This document shows, one piece after another, positions 49,149-62,171 of a DNA stretch of 64,000 nucleotides. The notes beneath the pieces were generated by a model. It did no database searches, was not told where the DNA came from, and worked only from the letters and a program-made list of their open reading frames with translations. Within the stretch, counting starts at the first letter, position 1. Every line of letters begins with the position of its first letter. Source of the stretch: Leucoraja ocellata (taxonomy: Eukaryota); NCBI GenBank assembly GCA_036785375.1, contig JAWMAR010000001.1:4464001-4528000 (forward strand), in the 5' to 3' direction. The translations under genes and the position numbers were made by a program.

Positions 49149-51939
49149 TCAACACAAAGACATGCCCTTCAGTGAAGTTTGCACTGCCAGATGGCATTCA
49201 GAGCCATTGCAACCTACCTGGGCTTCTTAAATGATCCATGCATCCATGCGCTTTGGCTTTCCAAAGCTTTCTTCAGTGAGATACGTAATACGTAAGATTC
49301 GAGAGACGTAAAGCCGCATACTCGTGCCTTGAGTCATGTTGACTCATCTGCCTCACTGCACGTTCTTTCCGATCTCCACCGTTCATTATGCTGCTCACTC
49401 TAGCATCATAGAAATCACCCCAGGAACTGAATTTGCAAAATTTATTTAATCTACATTGTTTTCAATGAGGACCATATGTAATCTTGGGCATTGGAATTTG
49501 CCAGCATTTGATTGCACAGGAGAGAATAACGGATCTTATTAGGAACCTGCATATTTTCATGTCCATGAAACATTTTCATTTTGTAGCCATTTCCAGCCTC
49601 TTGAAGATCATGCGACAAATTTCTTCATACGGCAGGCATAATGCATAAATAGTTCACACTCAGAGAGACTGCATTGCTGGGCATTTTGAGCATTAGGCAT
49701 ATTCAGAGGTGCACAGCCATCTACTTGCACACCTACAGCTGCCTTTTTCACCTTTTGATTCATGGGGTTTGGTTAATGATTGTCAGAGTCAGACTTGGTT
49801 CAGGCATTGTCTGTCAGCTTTTGGTACATGTATAATGGTTGATTAATTGCCTTGACAGACTTGATTTGTGAGTTGTCTATCCTACTTTTGGTTCATGAAT
49901 CTACTTCCATAGCTACACCCACCAGTGCAGCTACCGAGAGCAGGTGTAAGAACCAGGATAGTGTTGGAAAACGCCATTGGAAGTGTCATTCATAGAACAT
50001 ATGTAAACTTCTGGTTGAAGTTTCATTTCCTGCATCAGTCTGCATCATGTGTTGCAAACAGCGCCATCTTTTAAATCAGAAGCTGTATTCAGGAATGATG
50101 AGCAAATTGCAAGGAGCACCCGAGCCTGAAAAACAACAGGACCAGGAGGTTTCCCTGCTCAGACTCCAGTTTTATCATCCAGCTGAGCAGAACAGGGAAG
50201 CATTGTCAACCTGGGGTTTAAGGAACTGCCCGATGAGAGAGGCTTCTTCAAACCACACCCCGAAAATCATTGGCCCAATGCAACCCAAGTGACCTTCATA
50301 GCATGTCAACGATCATTATCACAAACATAGCACACCGTAGGGTAACCCAGGTCTCATTCACTCTCTCGCTCTTTCACGCACGCACTCTTCACGTCCCACT
50401 CTGCAGGTCCAGCTGTGCAAATGATTCCGTGATACAGTTACTGAAATGACTTCTGACAACATCTGTTCCTTGGTGGGAGTGGTGCCTTGCTCTGAGATCT
50501 TAGACCTTGGCATTAAATACATATTCATATGAATAACAACACATTTCTGGAATAAACAATGGACTGTTCATCACTCCGAAGAAATTAAGCTTTTTTTCCA
50601 CATTTCTCCATTATTTAGGGCCTTCTGGAAAATACCACTAGTGCCACTTCTTGCCAGGCTGTTCTTACAGTGAGCCTTGTGGGTGTCTTGTCCATCTGAT
50701 GTGCAGAATCTTACTCCCAGTGTGCATTTCATAGACTGGGACTTGCAGGATAAGGATCCATCCCTACCCGCAGTGTTGGTCACTGAAAATGACAATGGTA
50801 CAAAGTCTTTTGAGTTGAAAAATATTAAGCACATCCTGGAAATACGGCATTAACCCGGAATGGGAGATGGCAACCGTAATGTGTGTTGCTTCTCTTTGCC
50901 ATGAGCTTCCCATTGATTGCTATGTAACAAAATGTCAGGAGGTGCACTGAATTGAATGTTGTCAACTGGAATCAGCAAGTACCACTTTAGTGCTTCTTTT
51001 GAGTCATGAACCATCCTAAGACTGTTTTACATTGAAATTTGATCAATTTTGCAACTTTTGTTGCAGAGAACCTAATTTAGAATTGGTGTTGAACACTATA
51101 ATGCTGAGATACACTGAAAATATCCAGGAAGTAGTACCTCTAGAAGTTTCTTTAATGTTGCTTTTACTTCTCTCTCTCTCTCTTCCCCCTAACTTTTTTC
51201 CTTTTTTCTTACGTGGAATCATTCTCCTCATTCATAGAACATATGTAAACATAGAACATGGAACAACAGATAATCATATAGTGATGTTTTGATGATGTTT
51301 CCTCACTTGCATACGTGCAATTCTCATTTAGAACATGATAGAAAATGTTTATTTCCTGATCCAAAACTATTTGAAGAATATTTACCATTTCGAGATTGCT
51401 AGAAAAGTTTAAAAGCAACAGTACAACTGGTACAATACAAAAGATTAAATTATAACCATTTATGGTTAAATGGGTTTTTGGGTGTTCTATAAAAGCATGG
51501 AAGAGAAATGTGGAGATCCTACAATGAACCTCCCCAGAGACAGCAGTTAAGACCATAGCATTAGCGATTATTGGCACAGAAGCCTGGAAGAGGGGAAAAT
51601 AAAAATAACAAAACGTTAAGGGAAAATATTTGTGTATTTAAAAAAAGATTGCTGGTATGGCCAAATAACCCAATTAATTGTAAATGGGCAGGAGGCATAG
51701 CTTGAAAGTCTTTGAAAGCAGCCCAACTGGGAACCAAGGGCTATTCCAGCGATAAACTAGAAAGATTAGGAAAATTATCTTCCTGCATAGAATTAGGGTA
51801 AAATGAAATTTAAATATGGAAAGATGCAACATTTGGCATTTACAGGACACTTCACATCCTTACAGGATTTTTTTAAGTACTGGAATTTTTTGTAACAAAC
51901 ACAATGACCAATTTCTGAGCCAAGCTGCCACAAATAATG

Positions 51940-52197
51940 TACATGGTTTTCTTTCCATAATGACAAGTAACGGATCAATATTGGTCAGGTCACTTGGATG
52001 TTCCTTTGCTTTTCAAAATATTACCAAATTATTTTGATATTTTGTTGTCCTCAAGAAAACAGTGTGAGCTTTGGCTTAATCTCGCCTCTGACAGACATCA
52101 CCTCAGCAGCTCCACTAAAGTGTCACTTAAGTTTTTGTACAAATCTATCGAGTGAAGCATCTGAGTGAAGCTCAAGAGTGCTTTTGTACTGAACCAT
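51940..52197 (-). mobile_element. Ancient SINE remnant, Deu-domain (SacSINE1/AmnSINE-like)
   Basis: Diverged resemblance to the recalled consensus (..GACAGACATCACCTC..CACTAAAGTGTCA..TTTTTGTACAAATCT..AGAGTGCT..ACTGAACCA); by eye only. Confidence 0.4.
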
Positions 52198-53389
52198 TCT
52201 ATTGTATAAACACGTCAGGTAGGACTAATCACTGAACTAGAGTCTGAGAATCTGCACTGATTCATCTGTCTGGAACCTCACCACAAGTTCATTGTCACGG
52301 TGCGGTTGAGAGTGAACGATGTAGCTTAGCAAGTCACAAAACTTATTTCACAACATGAAGACAAATGTATATTTTCAGCTGGCTGTGCTCATGTCGCCTG
52401 GTGTGAAACAGTCGGAGCATATGCCTGAGAGAAGCCTCCAGATCAGCAGCGGGATCAGCCTGAAACAGCAAGGAACTGGCAGTCTGAATTTGGACATAAT
52501 CCACAATGGGTCGACACTGGTGCAGAAGGAGAATGATTAAAAATCTATGTTGAAGGAAGTATTTTCATACATTAAATCATTAATAATTTCAGAGGTGAAA
52601 GTTAGGTATAGAGCATTCGGGAAAGTAGGCAAATGGAAAATCAAGTTACTGTTGGAGGTCTCACAGAATGTAGTGAATTTTTTTAACATCTGCAAAATGA
52701 AGGTTCAACTTTTTTATGGTACAATTTTTAAAATAAAAACGTGAGCAAAGTTGGCCACATCTAAACACCGTAGATAAATCGGTGATATTCGAAGTTTATC
52801 CTTCCTTGAACATTGAAGATTTGCATTACCAGTTACAGGTGCGAATGGTGACATGATGTGCACCAGGGAATGTTTCATGAAAGCTTTTAATAACTTAAGT
52901 CACATGAATGAATTAAATATTTTTACATATTTAACATGCTTAAGTCCCATTCTGTTAAATAATTCTCACCTTCAGAACATATTGCTATAGAAACATAAAT
53001 ATGGTATTGCTCAGGGAAAATTAGACAAGGAAGTCAGGCATGTTTTACCACTTAATGCATAATGAATTATCCTTCTGTTGTGATGGAACAATATTCTTTA
53101 AGTTCAGTGACATTTATTGCTCTTCTGACTGCAGGTGAAAAGCAGGGTAATATGTCTGGTTTTCATCTTGTGTTGGAGGTATTTTTGCAAATCTGACATT
53201 TTCCTACTGGTGGAAGAGTTTCTGCTTCCTTTCAATTTTTAACAGGAGGAGGAACATCGTCTGATTCCACCTTTGCCTCACCTCAAATGCTACTGGATGC
53301 TTTAGCTGTTTTGTTGGCTTTAGACATGACTACCAACCCTAGATGCTATCCTATACATTCTCTCCCAAATTATTTAAAAGTCATGAGAG

Positions 53390-53596
53390 TGTTTAAATCT
53401 CCTTCCAAAACCTGTCTCCCTTTGTCTCTCTCTTTCTTCTCATTAGAGTGGAGTGCATACTGTTGTTGTGTCCTTGTGGCAAGACACTTCACCCACCTTT
53501 GCCTGTGTGTAAATGTAATGTAATTATGTGAAGCACTTTGGGGTCAATGCAAGTTGACTAAAAATGTGCTATATAAATAAGATAAAAAAAAAAAAA
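53390..53596 (+). mobile_element. L2-type LINE 3' UTR/tail fragment
   Basis: TTTAAATCT..AAAACC remnant followed by TGTGAAGCACTTTGGG..GTGCTATATAAATAA and an A-run. Confidence 0.45.
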
Positions 53597-54087
53597 GGTC
53601 ATACAGACACACCGCGATGAACAGGCGGCTAGCACAGTGTATGGTAAGTCCTTTAAAGGGGGGGGGGGAGAATGAGGGACAAGGAGTGGAGACACTTTTA
53701 AGACACGGCTGTGAAGATTGGCGGGCATTTAACATTACTGGTCGGTTATCCTTGGTTCTGAAAACTCGTGCTTACGTTTTTTTTCCCTAATGAGCCAATA
53801 AAAATGACCGGTCAGCAAAGGTGATTAACTAAAACTACCTACAACTACCTCGACTACCCATAACTACATGGCGACCCCACTACAACTGCACCTACGACTA
53901 CAGGATTATCGATTTTTGGGCCCAGAAAAATTTTCAACATATTGAAAAATTTGCGGCGACCTAGTTCCCAGAATGTGGGAACTACTCGCGACCATGAAGG
54001 AGACTCACCAGAGACCACCAGCGAACATGTGGCGAGCTTAGAGTCTCATCCACTCGCCTAAAAAAGTCGCCTAAGTGGGACAGGCCC
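53597..54087. mobile_element. One-ended PIF/Harbinger-like non-autonomous transposon fragment
   Basis: Ends AGTGGGACAGGCCC|TTA; interior related to 27946-28437 and 26918-27192. Confidence 0.6.
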
Positions 54088-55410
54088 TTAACTCAGCGGG
54101 ATAGGCAGCATTTCTGGAGAGAAGGAATGGGTGACATTTCGGCTCGGAGAATTATCCAAGCAGAATCCTTTTTGGGCAACTAGATTATGATTTGTTAGAA
54201 TTATACTGTTGCAGTAAAATTTTTGTAGGTGCACTATATAAAGATAAACTTCAATGATGTTTATCGTAAGCTAATTTACTAAAAATTACTGAGAAGTTTG
54301 CATTTAAATTTTTGTCAATTGAATATTAAAGTGGAATCCCAGCCAAATTGTATCACTGAAAACCAAGCGTATGTCTTGCTGATGGAAAGACCTAGTCCTG
54401 CAGATTGTGGATTAATTAGTTCATGTAATTTTCAAAACTTAACATAACACAAACCACCAACATTAAATTTGTTTGGGGTATGCAGTAAGTGAACAGCTTT
54501 AATAAAATTATCTATGCTAGTTTATGCAATTAGGAGTTTTAAGAATTTTATATGCCATGACATATGGTGACAAAGGTATTTAGTAATCACTTATTTATCC
54601 ATTATGTCCCAAACAAGTATTGTTTTATATTTAAGCAGAACTAAGTAAACCCCCTGCTGTTAACAAAGACATTTGTTTCACAGCCTGCAGGGAATATTGA
54701 AACAGTAGGGGGCAGCAGGATTATGAATGACAAAATAACACTTCTACCAACATTGATTTGTTTTTCTCTATGGGCCTCTATTTCTGCTCTTGAATTCCTA
54801 CAATGAATTTACTCTATTTAAAAAGTACTTTAAATTTGTGATTTTCATTTGTTTGTAAATAAGAAGTCTGGTGTTTAAAAGTAATATCTGAGATGACATT
54901 GAAACAAAGTGCTGGAGGAACTCAGTGGGTAGGACAGCATCTGTGCCTGATTGTACAGACAACCAGCAAAATGACAAGCCACCAGACCCTTACCTATAGA
55001 TGCTGCCTGACCCACTTATTTCCTTCAGCACTGTTTTTTGCTCTAGATTCCAGCATCTACAGTTTTGCCCGAGATGACATTCTTGGTTATGCACTTCTAT
55101 CAAAACAATAATGACATTTGTCAACAAATCAAGCTATTGCTTTATAGTATGACAAATTTGAAACCACTTAATCTAATGGTATGTTTGCTCACGATAGTTG
55201 CATATTCTTTTGATTCACTTTTTTCTTTTATTATCTTTCCTCTCAATATATCTCTGAACTCTTTCACTCCATAGATAATATTGACAGTAGTTACAGGATG
55301 ATAGATTGCATTGTTAGAAATATCACTGAAAATCTCGTGAAATAATCTTTGAGGATGTTTTGTTAATTTGTATGATATAGACGTACTTACATTTGTCTTT
55401 ATTTCTGCAG

Positions 55411-55531
55411 TGCATCAGAGGAAGAAAAGCATCGTTGGAGGAACTGCAAACTGTTCATTCGGAGCAGCACGCATTATTGTATGGCACTAATCCATTGAAC
55501 AGACAGAAGCTAGACAGTAAGAAGCTACTAG
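55411..55531 (+). CDS. HDAC4: Histone deacetylase 4 exon (deacetylase domain)
   Basis: ttctgcag|TGC..CTAG|gtaatg, 121 nt, phase 0/1. Encodes [40 protein letters not shown](G). Not in the ORF track because it is short. Confidence 0.97.
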
Positions 55532-56281
55532 GTAATGTATAGTTCAGTCCTCTTTACGTTTTGATGTCGTTCCAGAAATAGCTATTGTTTCTATCCATGG
55601 GAATGATGTTAGCTTAGTATGCACTGAAATAAGTGATGAATTCCAAGCACTTTATCTTTCTTTTACAGTGAGTTTACAGGGATTAACAATATTTTTATAT
55701 TTAATAAGTTTTATACTTCCCCTGTTTTGTTTTAAAGTTAGAGTTACTTACAGAAAATGGGGGTACATTTTATGCATGTTGTATTGTCTGTATTTATTTT
55801 AAATGTAATTCAGCTGGAATTTAATCCTTGTTCTTTAACATGCCAGTAAATCCAGAACCTAACTCTCTCAGGCTATGGGCAAGTTTCAGTTGAAATATAT
55901 GCAAATATTATTGAAAATAATGCTTATATGTTAGAGCTCATAATTTATTTGAAAATGTTTTAGATTTTTAAATTTAGATTCTAAATATTACTTTCCCATT
56001 TTTTCCAGTCTTTTCTTTTCATTATAATTTTCTTACTGGATCATGCTCTTACTATTTCAACTTTGATTTTACGTTCTTATTTCTTTAAAAAGTTAAGAAC
56101 ACTTCTTCCATTTTCGTAATAGATCAAATGAAAAAGATAGTTTTATTGATTTGCTAAAACAAATTGACTTCTTAATCAACCAAAAACCAATGGGAAATAA
56201 AGATTGATCTGGCTGCAGGGTTGGCAACATATCAGTAAAGATGTCTTTGATTCTGGAATGACACAGCCAAATGTTACTTTA

Positions 56282-56595
56282 CTTTAGACTTTAGAGATAC
56301 ATTGCGGAAACAGGCCCTTCAGCCCACTGAGTCTGCGCCGAACAACGATCGACCTGTACACTAGCACTATCCTACACACTAGTGACAATTTTATAAGCTT
56401 ACCAAAGTCAATTAACCTACCTATCTGTATGTCTTTGTAGTGTGGGAGAAAACTGGAGAAACCAGAGAAACCCCACATGATTACAGGGAGAACGAGCAAA
56501 CTCCGTACAGACAGCACCCGTGGTCAGGGTCTATCCGGGGTCTCAGGTGCTATAAGGCATGTCAGGGTCTCAGGCGCTATAAGACTGTGCCGCCC
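56282..56595 (-). mobile_element. tRNA-derived V-SINE of HE1 type with a CR1-like tail
   Basis: 5' GGGCGGCACAGT with a rearranged tRNA head; V-domain TGTACGGAGTTTGCTCGTTCTCCCTG..CTCCCACACTACAAAGACAT; tail GGGCTGAAGGGCCTGTTTCCG..(TCTAAAG)n. Confidence 0.85.
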
Positions 56596-56778
56596 TATAA
56601 ATACACTGTAGGACGCAAACCCTCAGTCATTTTCTTAAATTCCATGTGCTGAATTTATTGGCTTTGTCAACACATGATTATTTTAACCCATACATAAGCT
56701 GTTTCAATAAATAAACGCTCCTTGATGGACTCTTCTATTATTTCATTTGAGGCAGAGGTTGTTATAAAGATCAGATAT

Positions 56779-59700
56779 AAGATGGCGCCTACCTGCGGCG
56801 ACAATTTGCGAACAGCACAAAGATAAACAGTAAGATACAGCATTTATGAACTCACCTGCATCAGGAAATCCACTAGAATCAACGCCGTAAGTAGCGAGCT
56901 GCTAATGCATTTAAATGCATTAGCACTAGTGAGAACTGCCGATGTTAGCGCCGGTAAGGAAATCCCCGGTCAGTGGGGATTCCCCAACCTCGCGGAGGAG
57001 CGCAGGCACAGCAAGAACCTTACCTGCAAACATCCGGGAGGCCTTCAGGGAGTCCGGAATCGAAGCCGTCGGGCAGGATCCCCCAGCAGCAACGGAGCTG
57101 GAGGTGCCGACTGTATGGGAATTTGCGATCTCGGGATTCCCCGACCTCGCGGAGACCCGTAAGTACTGTACCTGTAAACAGCGAGGAGGGCTCCATGCAG
57201 TAAGGAAACATGGAGCCCTCCTCGCTGTTTACAGGTACAGTACTTACGGGTCTCCGTCGGGCAGGGCTCCACGTCAGACTGAAGCGGAGGGGACTTCCGC
57301 CCCCTCTCCCTACTATCCTGCTGGCCAACGTACAGTCACTAGAAAATAAAGTGGAGGACTTAAGGGCAAGGCTGCTTTATCAAAGGGAGCTGAGGGAATG
57401 CTCTGTGTTCTGTTTCACAGAGACATGGCTCACCCCCAGCCCCCCAGACTCAGCGGTCCAGCCTGAAGGGTTCTCCATCCACCGTATGGACCGTACACAG
57501 GCATCTGGGAAAGGGAGAGGAAGGGGCGTCTGCCTCATGGTCAATTCTGCGTGGTGCTCAGACGTGGCAGTCCTGTCCAACTCCTGCTCTCCACACCTTG
57601 AACATCTGGCGGTGAAGTGCTGCCTCTTCTACCTTCCAAGGGAATTCACCTCCATAATCCTGACTGCGGTCTACATCCCACCCCAGGCAGATGTCCGCCT
57701 GGCACTGGAGGAGCTGCACGCCGTGGTCAATAAACACCCCGAGGCATTTACCATCATAGCCGGGGACTTCAATAAAGCAAACCTCAAGAAATCGCTCCCT
57801 AACTTCCACCAACATGTCTCCTGCTGCACCAGAGGATCAAACACCCTCGACCACTGCTACACCACCATCAAGGATGCCTATCGCTCTATCCCTCGCCCTC
57901 ACTTCGGTAAATCCGACCATACAGCGGTGCTGCTTCTTCCTGCCTACAGGCAGCAATTAAAGAGCGCACCCCCAGAGGTGAGGACTGTAAAGAGCTGGTC
58001 GAGGGGGGTGCAGAGGAACAACTGCAGGACTGTTTGGAGTCTGTAGACTGGGCAATTTTCAGGGACTCGGCAACAGACCTGAACGAATATGCCACAGTCG
58101 TTACAGACTTCATAAAGATATGTGTGGAGGACTGCATCCCTACAAAAACCATCCGAGTGTTTCCCAATCAGAAGCCTTGGATTAACTCTGAGATCCGCAC
58201 TCTTCTGAAGACCAGACACCGGGCATTCATGTCTGATGATATAGTGGTCTACAAGAAGTCCAGATACGACCTCGGGAAGGCCATCAAAAAGGCCAAAAGG
58301 GACTTCTGCTCCAACCTGGATGATGAGACAGATGTTCGGCAGCTGTGGCGGGGCCTGAATGCAATCACTTCCTACAAGGCAAAATCAGGAGGTAGCTCGA
58401 ATGTCGGCGAAACATCACTCCCTGACGAGCTCAATGCATTTTATGCACGGTTTGATAGGGTGCCTTCCCTATTGATGTGCCTTCCCGAGCCCTCATTCGC
58501 TCTGATGGTATTTCAGTCTCAGTCACAGAGGCCGACGTCAAAAAATCCTTCAGAGGGGTGAACCCACGAAAAAATGCCTGGACCTGATGGTATACCCGGT
58601 CGTGTTCTAAAAACCTGTGCGGACCAACTGGCTGGAGTTTTTACGGACATTTTCAACCTCTCACTTCTGAGGTCTGAGGTTCCCACCTGCTTTAAAAGGG
58701 CATCAATTATACCGGTGCCCAAGAAGAACAAGGTGACGTGCCTCAACGACTATTGACCAGTGGCACTAACGTCGGTGATGATGATGTGCTTTGAGAGGTT
58801 GATCATGGCGCAAATCAACTCCTACCTCGACAAAAACCTGGACCCACTGCAGTTCACTTACCGCCAGAACAGATCAACGGTGAATGCGATCTCGTTGGCT
58901 CTCCGCTCTGCTCTGGACCACTTGTATAACAAAAACTCATATGTCAGGCTGTTATTCATTGAATAAAGCTTGGCATTTAATACAATCATCCTCTCCAAGC
59001 TGGTTACCTATCTCTCAGATCTGGGTCTCTGTGCATCCCTCTGCAATTGGATCCTCGACTTTCTCATTCACAGACCACAGACTGTTCGTATTGGTGGAAA
59101 TGTGTCAGCCTCGATAACAATCAGCACGGGAGCACCTCAAGGCTGTGTGCTCAGCCCCCTGCTGTACTCACTCTATACTCATGACTACGTAGCCGGTCAT
59201 AGTGCGAACTTCATCATCAAATTCGCTGACAACACCACTGTTGTGGGACGTATCACTGATGGGGATGAGTCAGAGGATAGAAGAGAGATCGATCGACTGA
59301 CCAAATGGTGCCAGCGCAATAACCTGGCCCTCAACACCAGCAAAACCAAGGAACTGATTGTGGACTTTGGAAGGGGTAGGATGGGGACCCACAGTCCCGT
59401 TTATATCAACGGGTCGATGGTGGAGAGGGTCAAGAGCTTCAAATTCCTGGGCGTGCATATTTCTGAAGATCTCTCCTGGTCCGAAAACACTGATGCAATT
59501 ATAATGAAAGCACATCAGCGCCTCTACTTCCTGAGACGATTACGGAGAGTCGGTATGTCTAGGGTCTAGGAGAACTCTCTCTAACTTCTACAGGTGCACA
59601 TAGAGAGCATGCTGACCAGTTGCATCGTGGCTTGGTTCGGCAACTCGAGCGCCCAGGAGCGGAAAAGACTACAAAAAGTAGTAAACACTGCCCAGTCCAT

Positions 59701-60093
59701 CATCGGCTCTGACCTCTCTACCATCAAGGGGATCTATCACAGTCGCTGCCTCAAAAAGGCTGGCAGCATCATCAAGGACCCATACCACCCTGGCCACACA
59801 CTCGTCTCCCTGTTACCTTCAGGTAGAAGGTACATGAGCTTGAGGACTGCAACGTCCAGGTTCAGGAATAGGTCTTCCCCACAGTCATCAGGCTATTCAA
59901 CTCAACTGAAACAAAACTCTGAACATTAATAGTCCATTATCTGTTTATTTGCACTTAATCTGTTTTATTTATTCATGTGTATATATATTTATATAATGGT
60001 ATATGGACACACTGATCTGTTCTGTATTCATGCCTACTATATTATGTTGTGCTGAAGCAAAGCAAGAATGTCATTGTCCCTTGAATCTTGAAT
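56779..60093 (+). mobile_element. Near full-length Rex1/Babar-clade LINE (endonuclease + RT), with a few frameshifts and stops
   Basis: 5' AAGATGGCG; LANVQSLENK, FTETWL, AVYIPP, AGDFN, LDHCY, GKSDH (endonuclease); GPDGIPG, LDPLQF, AFNTI, TGAPQGCVLSPLLYSLYTHD, KFADNTT (RT, DD changed to DN); (CTTGAAT)2 tail. Confidence 0.93.
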
Positions 60094-60113
60094 ATTGGGC
60101 ACAAAATATGTGG

Positions 60114-60206
60114 TAGACAAAAATGCTGGAGAAACTCAGCGGGTGAGGCAGCATCTAAGGAGCGAAGGAAATAGGCAACGTTTCGGATCGAAACCTTTCT
60201 TCAGAC
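60114..60206 (-). repeat. Penelope-like short repeat with a weakened hammerhead-like core (60177-60204)
   Basis: Minus strand CTGAAGAAAGGTTTCGATCCGAAACGTT. Confidence 0.65.
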
Positions 60207-61672
60207 ACAAAATATGTGTTGTCCTGTCTATATGTTGGCCTCGTGCTATCACTTTGCACCCATTCTCTGTGAGCAATGTACAATTGTAAGGACCCATGCT
60301 GGTTGAGCTTATGCCTGCATCTTTAGTTAGACTTTGTCATTGTTACTAAATCAGTTGCTGTAATTCCAATCTTTTAGATGTTTTTAATGATGGAAAAATA
60401 GTTTATTTCAAAAATGTTGCTGCTTCCAAAATTGACATTTCCCCAGGAAGGGGGAAGCATTTGAAGGGAAAATATTTAGGATTAAACAGGGGTCAAATTC
60501 AAGTTATTATTTATAAAATATTTAATGTGATTAGGAAGTGAGGATAGAAATAAAGATTGGTGTTATTTTATAGTTTGTTTTTATGAAATATATAGTTTAT
60601 TTCCATTTTAGTTATTCCTAATATTTAAATACCTGTACTTGTATATCAATTTCACATCATGCCAGCTGAATATAGTTTGGGATTTTTGCTTCGGAGTGAT
60701 TCACCGAATCAGAGTTCTCAAAAAAGTATTTTCTAAATCATATTTGTATTAGCTTGATAAAGCATTTTAAATGTCAAAAGTTGTTAATGGCAAAAAAGGG
60801 GTGCATTTTATTTTCGAGATTAGCTGGTATTTAAGCTTCATTTCACTCAAGCAAAGTGTAATGTGGGAATGTGAGCATTTTAGCTTGTTCAGCATGATAG
60901 ATTTCTGCTCTCATTCTTGGACTGATCAATTTTGTGTTTATTTATTGCATTTGCTTTTCTTTTGTTTAAGTAGTGTCATAACTGTGATTGTCAACTTTTT
61001 TTTAAACCATCAAACTTCTTTCATTTTGCTTGTTTTTATTAAACTCTGAAATCTGTTTTAAAACAGCCGTCTCCTTACCTTAATTTCCTCTATCTAGTTC
61101 CTTCTCTTTGCTGATCACTATCTCCTTTTCCCCTTTGTCGTCGATGTGAATTAGAAGTAAGCCACTGTATGATTGCATTCCCCAAACATTTGCTTCCAAT
61201 AAGACTCTATTTTTAGTGGGTAGAAATCACAAACAGTTGTCTGGCCTGAAAACAATGTTTGCTAGTTTAAAATAAAATGCTGCCTGCATTCACATGCACA
61301 TTGTGGTGCAATGTTTGTATTCAGAAATGTGTGTCAGGATATGTTTGCAAGGAAATGAGTGGGATGGAAACCAAGGAACTGTTTTCACAAATTTGCCTAT
61401 ATTACTTACGGGTTGAACAGAGAAGGAGGAAAACCAAGTGGAGTCATCAATATGTTTAAAATAGAGGCAGGCTTGGAATTGGGATGCACTTTCAAAATTC
61501 CGAAGTTTATTTTATTTTTGTGTTTTTTTTATCTCATCGGCTACCCAAAGTGATTTTCTTAAAAGTATGGCAATGTTATATTGTTCACTCATTCCCACTG
61601 GAGACTGATGAGACTGATAAGCCAAGTTTCTTTCTGTTTGGATGTTCACAGTTGCTACAATTAGATGGGTTT

Positions 61673-62009
61673 AATAGTGAGATTAAACGAGTACTTACCA
61701 GTACGAAGTTTGATCTGTATTTTATGAGGAGTTACGATGAGGGATTACGTGAAGAACCCACCCAGTGCGCAGGCGCGGCATACTTCCAAGCAGCGGTGTG
61801 GAATCACAGGTAGACACAATATTGAAGTAAAGATAGTAAAGATTAATGAGACATCAGCTCGAGTTTGATCTATACAACGAGGGTGGGAGCGGAGGGCACG
61901 TAATCCCTCATCGTAACTCCTCATAAAATACAGATCAAACTTCGTACTGGTAAGTACTCGTTTAATCTCACTATTTTACTTCAGAGTCACGTGAGTGACT
62001 ACGTGAAGA
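61673..62009. repeat. DIRS right terminus and internal complementary region (ICR)
   Basis: Perfect 79-bp inverted repeat, 61673-61751 versus 61897-61975, fused through a TTTT overlap to a copy of the left-end sequence (61974-62009). Confidence 0.92.
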
Positions 62010-62171
62010 CTTCAAAGGTCTGTGATTTCAAACCGTGTAACAGCTATATCACTCACTGCCGAAAGTTCATCGAGGGAGGAAGTGGTATCTAAAGACCAAC
62101 GAATTTGTTAGTTTTTTGAAAGAAAATTGTTTATTTAACAATAACAAAAATTAGCTCCCCTGGGCTTTAAA

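Noticed and set aside
50047-50330. Possible Gypsy gag remnant (..EQNREALSTWGL..)
   Set aside because: Weak resemblance only, with no LTRs or pol motifs identifiable nearby.
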